Origin: the human T2T-CHM13v2.0 reference genome, Homo sapiens
Direction: 5' to 3' (one strand)
Assembly (NCBI RefSeq): GCF_009914755.1
Contig: NC_060926.1
DNA length: 64,000 nt
Shown here piece after piece: positions 1-13,970 of this stretch. Made by a program: the position numbers and the translations under genes. The notes under the pieces were generated by a model that was not told the DNA's origin, did not search any database, and saw only the letters and a list, made by a program, of their open reading frames with translations. Within the stretch, counting starts at the first letter, position 1, and each line of letters begins with the position of its first letter.

Positions 1-1020
1 TAATTCTAAATGAATTAATGAGAATTTCAAAAAGGCAAAAATTATCAAACTAGATTATGGAAAGGAATCTTTGTCAGACCTCTGATGGAAGGGAGCAATG
101 TCAAAGCATGTAAGAGTAGATACAAATGCATAAAAACTTCACACTCTAAAATGCAATAACATAAAGGAAAGCAAAATCAGGTGACAGAGGGCAAATATCT
201 CCACTGTAAAGGGTGGAGAAGATTTAACATTTGCTGATTTTTTTTTAAAAAAAGCAAAGCCTCTAAGATGTCAATATGGGCAAACATACTCAGGGAAGAA
301 GTAAACTGGTCAACACACAAACGAAAAAATATTCATTTTCATTAGTTGCAAAAGAAGTGTAAAGGCAAAACATAAATAGATTCAAATTTTGCTTATTAAA
401 TTGTATTTCAAATGGTAGTATATTCCGATGGTTTAAAAATCAGAAAGTATAAAAAGTGTATAGTGGAAAGTCTCCTTCTTGTGTTTATTCCCCTAGTGCC
501 AGTTTCCCAACCCTGTGCTTAGATTTTAAAATATTATGGGTCTATGCAGATACACATATAGATTTTCCTCCTTTTACTCTGAAGGTAGCATACCAAAAAC
601 ATCATTCTGAAATTTGCTTTTTTGACATAATAATATATCTAGGAACCCTTTCCATATCAGTACTTAGCTTGCTCATTTTTTGTAGTTATATAAAACATTT
701 TTCATTAACATTAGTATGTTGAAGTATATCTGAATTTAAATTGGTTTCATTTAGAGTTTTTTAATCATTTCAGAGGTACACACACATAAGATATTTACAA
801 GTTATTCATTCAACATTTTTTGAAGTCCTACTGTATGGTAGAAAACAGATATCTATCTAGAAACTAACAGACAGCCTGGTAAATAATAAAACTCCATTGT
901 GTAGCTATCCTACAGTTTATTTAACCAGGTCACTGTTAATGTTCATACTTTTCCTATAGGTGAATTGTTTTCTTTATAGTTTTCTAGTTTCATAATTACA
1001 TTTAATAAATTTTTATTTTA

Positions 1021-1392
<372 letters not shown>

Positions 1393-1894
1393 TCAATTAT
1401 TAAAACTACATCAAAATCTATAGATGTTAATTATCATTCAGAAATATTGAATTCCCAGTTTCAGGGATTAAGCATAAACATAGTCATAGATACCTAACAG
1501 GATAAGACCAATTCCTGCAAAAATGTGCTACCATGAAGGCAACTCAAGATTTAGTAACACGATATTATGACAATATTCTGTGAAACAATCTGTCAGCATT
1601 TTCAGAAATATGACATACAATGCCTGGAACACCAGCCAGCCAGGCTTCTTGGTAGACATGTCAGTGAGGACAAAGCTGCACCGGGGTGACATATGTTTTT
1701 AAATGGCTCAGAGGCCAAGCACATTGCAAGGTGTCAGGCATCCCTCTGACATTTCAGTTGAATATAAATTTGGAGCTGAATCTTTATCAAAGGTAAATAT
1801 GTACACACAGTAATGCTTTCATAAGAGAAAATCTCAGGTAAGCACCCTATGTAATGAAGACAGTAACTTATTAACACATAGCTCAGCTATCGAT

Positions 1895-2735
1895 TGCTGT
1901 GTTGTAAGCCATCTCAAAGCACAGTAGCTATGTGATTTATTACTTGTCATGGTTCTGCGGTTGATGGAGCTCCACTGGGAGGAGCTTCTGCTCCACGTTG
2001 GGTGGCTGAGATCACTCATGCGACTGCATTCAGCCGGCAATTTGGCTGGAGCTGGGATGTCCAAATGGCCTCTCATCCTCCAGGATCTCCTTGCACTTGG
2101 CTTTTCACCCTTCAGCGGTTCCTATGGTTTGGATGTCCCACCCAAGTCTCATGGTAAACTCTAATCCCCAATGCTAGAGATGAGGTCTGGTGAGAAGTGT
2201 TTAGATCATGGGGGCAGATTCCTTGTGAATGTCTTGGGCCATCCCATCCCCTTGGTGATAAGCAAACTCTCACTCTAAGTTCTTGTGAGATCTGGTCATT
2301 TAAAAGTGTATGGCACACCACCCCCTGACCATGCTCCTGCTTTTGGCTTTTGCCATATGATGAGCAAGCTCCCATTTCACCTTCCACCATGAGTAAAGGC
2401 TCCCCAAGGCCTCCCCAGAAGCTGAGCAATGTTGGCACCATGCTTGTACAGCCTGCAGAACCATAAGTTGATTAAACCTCTTTTCTTTATGAATTACCAA
2501 ATTTCAAGTATTTCTTTACTGCAATACAAGAACAGCCTAATACAGTGGTCTAGCTCCAAGGAACATTTGAAGAGGACAAGCCCCCATGTGAAAGTGTGTA
2601 TTAAGCCTCTGCTTGCACCACACTAGCTAATGTCCCATTGGCCAAAGCAAGCCACATGGCCAAGGCCAGAGTCAAGAGCTTGAACACATAATACATAAGG
2701 GCATGACAACCAGTAAGTGTATTTCCCTGAGGCCA
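1895..2735 (-). mobile_element. Old MLT1-type MaLR LTR, split by an MST LTR
   Basis: MLT1-like text on both sides of the MST, e.g. CCCATTGGCCAAAGCAAGCCACATGGCCAAG at ~2634. Confidence 0.55.
2120..2544 (+). mobile_element. MSTB-like MaLR solo LTR
   Basis: Starts TCCTATGGTTTGGATGT (consensus TGCTATGG...), ends ...CCTAATACA, contains ATTAAA. 5-bp TSD GCGGT/GTGGT. Confidence 0.8.
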
Positions 2736-2880
2736 TCAAAGTATAAAACTGCCACATCATGGTTTTTCTCTGTTTTACTTGAAAGGATGATAAAATTACT
2801 AGGAGGGAGCAAGTGAAACACTGAAATAGTGCCAGAGGAGACTACACAAGAAATTCCTCTAACTTTAAAAATCAGCCTCC

Positions 2881-3012
2881 TGCTGGATGCAGTGGTGGGC
2901 ACCTGTCATCCCAGCTACTCAGGAGGCTGAGGTGGGAGGATCACATGAGCCCAGGAGTTCAAGACTAGCTTGGGCAACATAGCAAAACCCCATCTCTAAA
3001 AAAAAAAAAAAA
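2881..3012 (+). mobile_element. Alu monomer (FLAM-like)
   Basis: Single ~120-bp left-monomer-like unit ending in poly(A). Confidence 0.8.
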
Positions 3013-3030
3013 CCATCCTCTCCAAATCTT

Positions 3031-3244
3031 TTTCTTTTTCTTTTTTTTCTTTGAGACAGAGTCTTCCTCTGTTGCCCAGGCTGGAGTGCAATGGCGTGAT
3101 CTCGGCTCACTGCAAGCTCCGCCTCCTGGGTTTCACGCCATTCTCCATGTTAGCCAGCATGGTCTCGATCTCCTGACCTCGTGGTCCGCCCACCTCGGCC
3201 TCCCAAAGTGCTGGGATTACAGGCATGAGCCACTGTGCCTGGCC
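3031..3244 (-). mobile_element. AluY with ~90-bp internal deletion
   Basis: AluY diagnostics (CTGCAAGCTCCGCC, GTCTCGATCTCC). TSD CCATCCT(C/T)TCCAAATCTT at 3013-3030 and 3245-3262. The middle A-rich linker region is missing. Confidence 0.9.
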
Positions 3245-4711
3245 CCATCCTTTCCAAATCTTAAGAGTGCAGCTGAACAATGTTGATTACAAAGGGGTGA
3301 AATGTGTAAACTTGTTGGTAAAGCTCATTTACTGACAAGCTTTACCAATAAGCTTTACCAAAGGGCAGCACACTTTTAGAAAATGTCAGTTTGTTCAGCT
3401 AATGGAAAACAAGCTTTACCATATGGATGGGTCCTTTTGACTCTCCTTGCCCAGGGTTCTTAGGGGAATCTCTGCTGTGGGCCCAGATGTCTCTGCAGGC
3501 CATCAGATTGAAGCAGGGGGATGAGTGTGACCACATGGATGGTATGATGCCAGCCTTCACCACTACCAAAGGGCCTGAGTCTCAGTGACACTAGGTAGAT
3601 CAAAATGAGGAACGATTCCATCAAAAAATAAAGAATTCAAATTCAAAAGACAACTCTGTGCAGAGGATGAATAATTAATTAGGTAAGGGATGGTAGCAAG
3701 AAAATTGGGATTTTGTGGATAAATTGAACTGTTTACATGGAAAAACAAAACAGACCAACCATATCGACAGACTCACTGAATCTCGACCAGCTGGAAGCAG
3801 GCATATTGGTTGCTAATATGGAAAACTATTCTGACAGTTAAAAAAATTAATGACAGTTAAAAGGATGAATGCTGAAAGAACTGCTTAAACCCTCAAATAA
3901 TGAACAATATCAAGAAGAAAAGGCAAAAAGAGGATAGTAGTGAAAACAAAATACAGAAGACTTACTTCAAAAGGAGGAGCAGAGCAAGATGGCTGAATAG
4001 AAGACTCCACCAATTGTCTTGACTGCAAGGGCAGCAATTGAACAACTGTCTACTCACAAAAAGCACCTTCATAAGAATAAAAAATCAGGTGAGCACTGGT
4101 TTTAACTTTATCTAGCTGAAAGAGGCATTGAAGAAGGTAGGAAAGACACTCTTGATTTGCTGACACCACCCCTCCCCCGCCCCCTGGCAGTAGCAGCATG
4201 GCACAGAGAGAGAATCTGTGCACTTGGGAGAGGGAAAGTGCAGTAATTGTGAGACTTGCATTGAACTTAGTGCTGCCTTGTCATGGCAGAAAGCAAAACC
4301 AGGCTGAACTCAGCTGACACGTACCCACAGAGGGAGCATTTAGACCAGCTCTAGCTAGAGGGTTATTCCTCATCCCAGAAGATGGAACTTGAGCTGTGGC
4401 AAGCCTTGCCACCCCAGGCTAAAGTGCTCTGGGGCCCTAAATAAACTTGAAAGGCAGTCTAGGCCACAAAGACTGCAACACATAGGCAAGTCCTAGTGCT
4501 GAACTGGGCCCAGAGCCAGTGGACTTGGGGGGCACACAACCTACTGAGATACCAGATGGGGTGGGTAAGGGAGTGCTTGTGCAACCCCCTCAATCCTAGG
4601 CTGCTCATCTTACTGCTCCAAAAGAGACCTCTTCCTTCCACTTGAGGAGAGAAGAGGAAAGAGTGGGGAGGACTTTGTCTTGCAACTTGGATACCAGCTC
4701 AGCCACTGTAG

Positions 4712-5093
<382 letters not shown>

Positions 5094-6544
5094 CCAGATG
5101 CCATTTCTAGACACATCCTGGGCCAGAAGAGAACCTGCTGCCTTGAAGGAAAGGAACCAGTCCTGGCAGGACCCGTCACCTGCTGACTAAAGAGCCCTTG
5201 GGTCTTGAATAACCAGAAATGATAACCAGATAATACGCCCTGGGCCTTGGGTGAGACTCTGAGTCTTACTGGCTTCAGGTGAGACTCAGCATATTCCCAG
5301 CTGTGGTGACTATGGGGAGAGACTCCTTCTGCTCAAGAAAAGTGAAGGGAAAAGCAAAGGGAACTTTGTCTCGCACCTTAGGTAGCAGCTCGGCCACAGT
5401 GGGATAGAGCACAAAGTGGGCTCTTGTGGTTCTCGATTCCAGGACGTGGCAATTAGACAGCATTTCTGGACCTGCCCTGGGCTAGAGGGGAGCCCACTCC
5501 CTTGAAGGGTGTATCTCAGGCCAGGCAGCATTCACCACAAGCTGACTGAAGAGCACTTGGGCCTAAAGGGAACTTCAGCAGTAGTCTGGCAGCACTCCCC
5601 TCTGGGCTTAAGGTGGCAGTAGCCATAGGATGAGAACTCCTCTGCCTTTGGAAAGGGGAGGGAAGAGTGGGAAAACCTGCGTCTTCTGGTTTGAGTGCCA
5701 GCTCAACCACAGTACAACAGAACACCAGGTAGACATCTAAGGTTTTTTACTCTAGTTCCCTGATTCTAGGATAAAACCTCTGGACCTACTCGGCCTGGGG
5801 GAACCTGCCACCCCAAAGGGAAGTACATAAGTCTGGCTGGCTTTGCCACCTACTGAATGTAGAGCTCCAGGGCTTTGAGTGAACATAGGCAGTAGTCAGG
5901 GAGTGGTTACAGCAGGCCTTGGGTGAGACCCAGTGCTGTGCTGGCTTCAGGTCTGACCCAGCACAGTCCCAGTGGTGGTGGCCACAGGAGTGCTTGTGTC
6001 ACCCCACCCCAAGCTCCATGCAGTTCACAACAGAGAGAGACTTTATTTGTTTGGAAGAAAATAAGGGGAGAAAACAAGGGTCTTTGCCTGATAATCTAGA
6101 GAATTCTTCTGGATCATATCCAAGACCATCAAGGTGGTACCTCTACGTGTCTGTAATAATCAGACCATTTCTGGGCTAGAGGTGCCCCCTAATGCAGCTA
6201 CGGCTTAGATCACAACACCTAAGTATTTTTGAATATCTGGAAAGCCTTTCCAAGAAGGACTGGTACAAGCAAGCCCAGGCTATGAAGACTACAATAAATA
6301 CCTAACTCTTCAGTGCCCAGACACAGACAAACATCCACAAGCATCAAGACTATCCAGTAAAACTAAATAAAGCACCAGGGACAAATCCTGGAGAAAAAGA
6401 GATATGTGACCTTTCAGACAGAGAATTCCAAACAACTGTGTTAAGGAAACTCAGAGAAATTCAAGATAATACAGAGAAGGGATTCAGAATGTTATCAAAT
6501 AAATTTAACAAAGAGATTAGTAATTTTTAAAAAATAAAGCAGAA

Positions 6545-6959
<415 letters not shown>

Positions 6960-8384
6960 CTATTTGAAAGAAGATTTTGTCACAGGAGACAAAAGAAAAA
7001 GCAATAAAAAGCAATGAAGCCCACCTACATGATCTAGAAAATAGCCTCAAAAGGGCAGATCTAAAAGTTTCTCCTTTACAGAGGAGGTAGAGAAAGAGAG
7101 AGATGGGGGTAGAAAGTTTATTCAAAGGGATAATAACAGAGAACTTCCCAAACCTAGAGAAAGATATCAATATCCAATTATAAGATGGTTATAGAACACC
7201 AAGCAGATTTAATCCAAAGAAGACTATCTCAAGGGGTTTAATAATCAAACTACCAAAGGTCAAGGATAAAGAAAGGATCCTAAAAGCAGCAAGAGAAAAG
7301 AGACAAATAATATATGGAGCTCCAACACGGATGGCAGTAGACTTTTCAGTGAAAACCTTACTAACCAGGAGAGAGTGGCATGACATATTTAAAGTGCTGA
7401 ACGAAAAAAGCCTTTACCCTAGAATAGTATATCCAGTGCAAATATCCTTCAAACATGAGAGTCAAATAAAGACTTTCCCAGACAAAAGCTGAGGGATTTC
7501 ATCAACACCAGCTCTGTCCTGCAAGAAATATTAAATGGAGAACTTCAATTAGAAAGAAAAGAATATTAATAAGCAATAAGAAGTCATCTGAAGGTACAAA
7601 ACTCACTGGTAATAGTAAGTATACAGAAAAACACAGAGTATTATCACAGTAAACTACTCAAGTAGAAAGACTAAATGATTAATCAAAAATAATAACTGCA
7701 ACAAATTTTAAAGACACAGACAATACAATAATATATAAGTAGAAACAACAAAAAGCTACAAAGCGAGGTGGGAGGACAAAGTTAAGGTGTAGAATTTTTA
7801 TTAGTTTTCTTTTGCTTGTCTGTTTGTTTGTTTATGCAAACAAAGTTAAGTCATTAAAATAAAGGGTTATAGGACAGTATTTGCAAGCCTCATAGTAACC
7901 TCAAGTCAAAAAACAAACAACAAATACATAAAAAATAAAAAACAAGAAATTAAATCATACCACTAGAGAAAATCACCTTCACTAAAAGGAAGACTGGAAA
8001 AAAGGAAGAGAAGACCACAAAACAACCAGACAACAAACAATAAAATGACAGGAGTGAGGGCTTACTTATCAACAACAACACTGAATGTAAATGGGCCAAA
8101 TTTGCCAATCAAAATATGCAGAGTGACTGAATGGGGGGAAAAAAAGACCCAATGATCTGTTGCTGACAGGAAACGTACTTCATCTGTAAAGACACACATA
8201 AACTGAAGACAAAGGGCCAGAAAAAATTCCATACCAATGGAAACCAAAAAAGAGCAGGAGTAGCTATACTTACATCAGACAAAATAAATTTCAAGATGAA
8301 AACTATAAGAAGAAACCAAGAAGGTCATTATATAATGATAAAGTGGTCTATTCAGCAAGAGGATATAATAATTTTAAATATATG

Positions 8385-9902
8385 CCCTCTCCCTCTCCCT
8401 CTCCCTCTCCCTCTCCCTCTCTTTCCGCGGTCTCCCTCTGATGCCGAGCCAAGGCTGGACTGTACTGCTGCCATCTCAGCTCACTGCAACCTCCCTGCCT
8501 GATTCTCCTGCCTCAGCCTGCCGAGTGCCTGCGATTGCAGGCGGCGCCACCACGCCTGACTGGTTTTCGTCTTTTTTCGGTGGAGACGGGGTTTCGCTGT
8601 GTTGGCTGGGCTGGTCTCCAGCTCCTAACCGCGAGTGATCCGCCAGCCTCGGCCTCCCGAGGTGCCGGAATTGCAGACGGAGTCTCGTTCACTCAGTGCT
8701 CAATGTTGCCCAGGCTGGAGTGCAGTGGCGTGATCTCGGCTAGCTACAACCTCCACCTCCCAGCCGCCTGCCTTGGCCTCCCAAAGTGCCGAGATTGCAG
8801 CCTCTGCCCGGCTGCCACCCCATCTGGGAAGTGAGGAGCGTCTCTGCCTGGCCACCCATCGTCTGGGATGAGAGGAGTCCCTCTGCCCGGCTGCCCAGTC
8901 TGGGAAGTGAGGAGCGCCTCTTCCCGGCCACCATTCCGTCTAGGAAGTGAGGAGCGTCTCTGCCCGGCCGCCCATCGTCTGAGATGTGGGGAGCGCCTCT
9001 GCCCGGCGGCGACCCCGTCTGGGAGGTGAGGAGCGTCTCTGCCCGGCCGCCCCGTCTGAGAAGTGAGGAGCCCCTCCGCCCGGCTGCCACCCCATCTGGG
9101 AAGTGAGGAGCGTCTCCGCCCGGCAGCCACCCTGTCCGGGAGGGAGGTGGGGGGTCGGCCCCCGCCCGGCCGGCCGCTCCGTCCGGGAGGGAGGTGGGGG
9201 GCGCCTCCGCCCGGCCGCTGCCCCGTCCCGGAGGTGGAGGGCGCCTCTGCCCGGCCGCCCCTTCTGGGAAGTGAGGAGCCCCTCTTCCCGGCCACCACCC
9301 CATCTGGGAGGTGTACCAACAGCTCATTGAGAACTGGCCATGATGACGATGGCGGTTTTGTGGAATAGAAAAGGGGGAAAGGTGGGGAAAAGATAGAGAA
9401 ATCAGATTGTTGCTGTGTCTGTGTAGAAAGAAGTAGACATGGGAGACTTCATTTTGTTCTGTACTAAGAAAAATTCTTCTGCCTTGGGATGCTGTTGATC
9501 TATGACCTTACCCCCAACCCTGTGCTCTCTGAAACATGTGCTGTGTCCACTCAGGGTTAAATGGATTAAGGGCGGTGCAAGATGTGCTTTGTTAAACAGG
9601 TGCTTGAAGGCAGCATGCTCGTTAAGAGTCATCACCACTCCCTAATCTCAAGTACCCAGGGACACAAACACTGCGGAGGGCCGCAGGGTCCTCTGCCTAG
9701 GAAAACCAGAGACCTTTGTTCACTTGTTTGTATGCTGACATTCCCTCCACTGTTGTCCTGTGACCCTGCCAAATCCCCCTCTGCAAGAAACACCCAAGAA
9801 TGATCAATGAAAAAAATAAAAATAAAAAAATAATTAAAAAAAATAAAAAATAAAAAATAAAAATAAATAAGATTAAAAAAAGAAAAAAATAGAAATAAAA
9901 AT
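8385..9902 (+). mobile_element. Full-length SVA retrotransposon (older subfamily, SVA_A-C-like)
   Basis: (CCCTCT)6 at 8385-8420, antisense Alu-like domain, GC-rich VNTR (~8800-9310), SINE-R (~9310-9810), A-rich tail. TSD AAATATATG at 8376-8384 and 9903-9911. Confidence 0.96.
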
Positions 9903-12900
9903 AAATATATGTACAATCAACACTGGAGCACCCAGATATATAAAGTGAATATTTTTAAAGCTAAAGGGAGAGATAGACTCCAATATAATAATGGCTGGAG
10001 ACTTCAACACCCTACTTTCAGCATTGGGCAGATCTTCTAGATAGAAAATCAGCAAAGAAACATTGGACTTAATCTGCACTATAGACCCAATGGACCTAAT
10101 TTATATTTACAGAACATTTCCACTAACAGCTACAGAATACACATTCTTTTCCTCAGCACATGGATCATTGTCAAGGAGAGACCATATGTTAGGTCATAAA
10201 ACAAGTCTTAAAACATTGAAATAAAATCAAGCATCTTCTCTGATCACAATGGAATAAAACTAGAAGTCAATAACAAGAGGAATCTTAGAAACTATACAAA
10301 CACATGGAAATTAAACACCATGCTCCTGAATGACCAGTGGGTCAATGAAGAGATTAAGAAGGAAAATTCAAAATTTCTTGAAACAAATTATAATGGAAAC
10401 ACAACACGCCAAAATATGTGATATATATGAAAAGCAGTTCTAAGATGAAAGTTTATAGCTATAAGTGCCTATATCAAAAAAGAAGAACTTTAAATAAACA
10501 ACCTTATGATAGATGTTAAAGAACTAGAAAAGCAAGAGCAAACAAAATCCAAAATTAGGAGAAGATAGAAAATAATAAATATCAGAGCATAAATAAATGA
10601 ATTTAAAATGAAGAAAACAGCACAAAATATCAGTGAAACAAAAAGTTGTGTTTTTTTGCAAAGATAAACAAAATTGGCAAACATTTTGTCAGACTAAGAA
10701 AAAAAGAGAGGACCCAAATAAATTAAATCAGAGATGAAAAAGGAGACATTACAACTGATACCCCAGAAATTCAAAGGGTCATTAGTGGCTACTGTGAGCA
10801 ACGATATGCCAATAAATTGGAAAATCTAGAAGAAATGGATAAATTCCTAGACACGTACAGCCTACCAAGATTGAACAATGAAGAAATCCAAAATTTGAAC
10901 CGACCAATAACAAGTAATAAGATCAAAGCCATAATAAAAAGTCTCCCAGCAAAGGAAAGCCCGGAACCCGGGGGCTTCACTGCTGAATTCTACCAAACAT
11001 TTAAAGAACTACTACCAATCCTACTCAAATTATTTCAAAAAGTAGAACAGGAGGGAATACTTCCAAACTTATTCTACGAGGCCAATATTACTCTAATACT
11101 AGAACCAGACAAAGACACATCAGAAAAAGAAAACTATGGGCCAATATCACTGATGAATATAATTGCAAAAATCCTCAACAAGATAGCAAACTGAATTCAA
11201 CAACACATTAAAAAGATGATTCATCATGACCAGGTGGGTTTCATTCTAGTGATGCAAGAATGGTTCAACATATGCAAATCAATCAATGTGATATAGCATA
11301 TCAACAGAATGAAGTGTAAAAACCATGAGATCATTTCAATTGATGCTGATAAATCAATTAATAATAAGTCATTATATCAATTGATGTTGATAAAATCGAA
11401 CATCCCTTCATGATAAAAATCCTCAAAAATCTGGGTATAGAAGGAGCATACCCCAACATGATAAAAACCATATATGACCGACCAACAACTAGTGCCATAC
11501 ACAATGGGGAAAAACTGAAAGCCTTTCTTTTTGATCTGGAACGTGACAAGGATGCCCACTGTCACCACTGTTATTCAGCGTAGTACTGGAAGTCCTAGCT
11601 GGAACAATCAGACAAGAGAAAGAAATAAAGAGCACACAAATTGGAGAAGAATAAGTCAAAATATCCTTGTTTGCAGATGATATGATCTTATATTTAGAAA
11701 AACCTAAAGACTCGACCAAAAAACTATCAGAACTCATAAATAAATTCAGTAAAGTTGCAAGATACAAAATCAACATAGAAAAATTAGTAGCATTTGTAAA
11801 TGCCAAAAGTAAACAATCTGAAAAAGAAATCAAGAAAGTAATCCCATTTATAACAGCTACAAATAAAATAAAATACCTAGGAATTAACCAAAGAAGTCAA
11901 AGATACCTACAATAAAAACTGTAAAACACTAATGCAAGAAATTGAAGAGGACACCAAAAACTAGAAAGAGATTCCATGTTCATGGATTAGAAGAATTAAT
12001 ATTGTTAAAATGTCCATACTACCCAAAACAATCTACAGATTCAATGGAATCCCTATCAAAATATCAAGGACGTTCTTCACAGAAATAGAAGAAAAACAGT
12101 CCTAAAATGTATATGGAATCACAAAAGACCCAGAATAGCCAAAGCTATCCTGAGCAAATAGAACAAAATTGGAAGAAACACATTACCTGACTTTAAATTA
12201 TAGTACAGAGCTATTGTAAACAAAATGACGTGGTACTGGAATAAAAACAGATATGTAGATCAGTGGAACAGAACAGAGAGCCTAGAATAAATCCACACAT
12301 CTACAGCAAACTTGTTTTCAACAAAGGTGCCAAGAACATACACTGGGAAAAGGACAGCCTCTTCAGTAAATTGTCTGGGAAAACTGGATATCCATATGCA
12401 GAAGAATGAAACTAGACCCCATCTCCCTATCTCTTGCCATATAAAAAATAAAATCAAAATGGATTAAAGACTTATATTTAAGACCTCAACCTATGAAACT
12501 ACCAAAATAAAACATTAGGGAAACTCTCCAGGACATTGGACTGGGCAAAGATTTCTTGAGTAATAACCCACAAGCACAGGCAACCAAAGCAAAAATGGAC
12601 AAATGGGATCACATCGAGTTAAAAAGCTTCTGTACAGCAAAGGAAACAATCAACAAACTGAAGAGATAACCCACAAAATGGGAGAAAATATTTGCAAACT
12701 ATCCATCTGATAAAGGATTAAAATCAGACTATATAAACAACTCAAACAACTTCATAGGACTAGTCTAATAATCCAATTAGAAATGGGCAAAAGATCTGAA
12801 TAGACATTTCTCAAAAGAAGACACAAAAATGGCCAACAGGGATATGAAAAGCTGTTCAACATCATGGATCATCAGAGAAATGCAAATCAAAACTACAATG

Positions 12901-13840
12901 CGATATCATCTCACTCCAGTTAAAATGGCTTTCATCCAAAAGTCAGGTAATAACAAATGCTGGCAAGGGTGTGGAGAAAAGGGAACTCTTGTACACTGTT
13001 GGTAGGAATGTAAATTAATATAGCCAAAATGGAGAACAATTTGGAGGTTCCTCAAAACAATTTGGAGTTTCCTAAATATAGAGCTACCTTATGATCCAGC
13101 ATTCCCCCTCCTAGGATAAACCCAAAAGAAAGGAAATCAGTGTATCAAAGAGAAATCTTTACTCCTATGTTTATCGTAACACTATTCAAAATAGCCAAGA
13201 TTGGGAAGCAACCTAAGTGTCCATCATCAGATGAATGGATAAAGAAAATGTGGTACATAGACACAATGGAGTACTATTCAGCCGTAAAAAAGAATGAGAT
13301 CCTGTCATTTGCAAGAACATGAACGGAACCGGAGGTCATTATGTTAAGTAAAATAAGCCAGGCACAGAAAGACAAACTTCACATGTTTTCACTTATTTGT
13401 GGGAGCTAAAAATTACAATAATTGAACTCATGGAGATAGAGTAGAAGGATAGTTATCAGAGGCTGGGAAGGGTAGTAGGAGGCTGTTGGGGAAGTGGGGA
13501 TGGTTAATGGGCACAAAAGTTAGAAAGAATTAACAAGGTCTAGTAGTTGATAGCACAACAGGGTGACTATAGTAAAATTAATTTAATTGTACTTTTAAAA
13601 ATAACTGACAGACTATATTTGGATTGATTGTAACACAAAGGATAAATGCTTGAGGTGATAAATTTTAAAAAGGCTTCAACAACAACAACAAAAAACAACG
13701 AATACAAGTAAATTGAACTTGCTCATTAAGGTCATGTAATTTGGAAAATGGTGTTTATTTTATGTTTTTTTCTAAATATTTTAAGATTAAATGCTGAATT
13801 AGAAAAATGCATTGGAATTTCAAGTATATATAACAATTTA

Positions 13841-13970
13841 TTAGGTCGGTACGAAAGTAATTGCTGTTTTTGCCGTTTTGCCATTACTTTTAAATGGCAA
13901 AAACAGCAATTACTTTTTTGCCATTACTTTTAAAATGGCAAAAACAGCAATTACTTTTGCAACAACCTAA
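13841..13970. mobile_element. MADE1 (Hsmar1-derived MITE) with internal tandem duplication
   Basis: TTAGGTCGGTACGAAAGTAATTGC...GCAATTACTTTTGCAACAACCTAA terminal inverted repeats flanked by TA; 130 bp versus ~80-bp consensus. Confidence 0.9.

Noticed and set aside
8800-9310. Repeat-spacer-like periodic array (CRISPR-like appearance)
   Set aside because: It is the SVA VNTR: tandem degenerate units with no unique spacers, in a primate genome.
8296-9916. ORFs of 95-195 aa with repeated peptides
   Set aside because: Translations of the SVA hexamer, Alu-like, VNTR and SINE-R domains.
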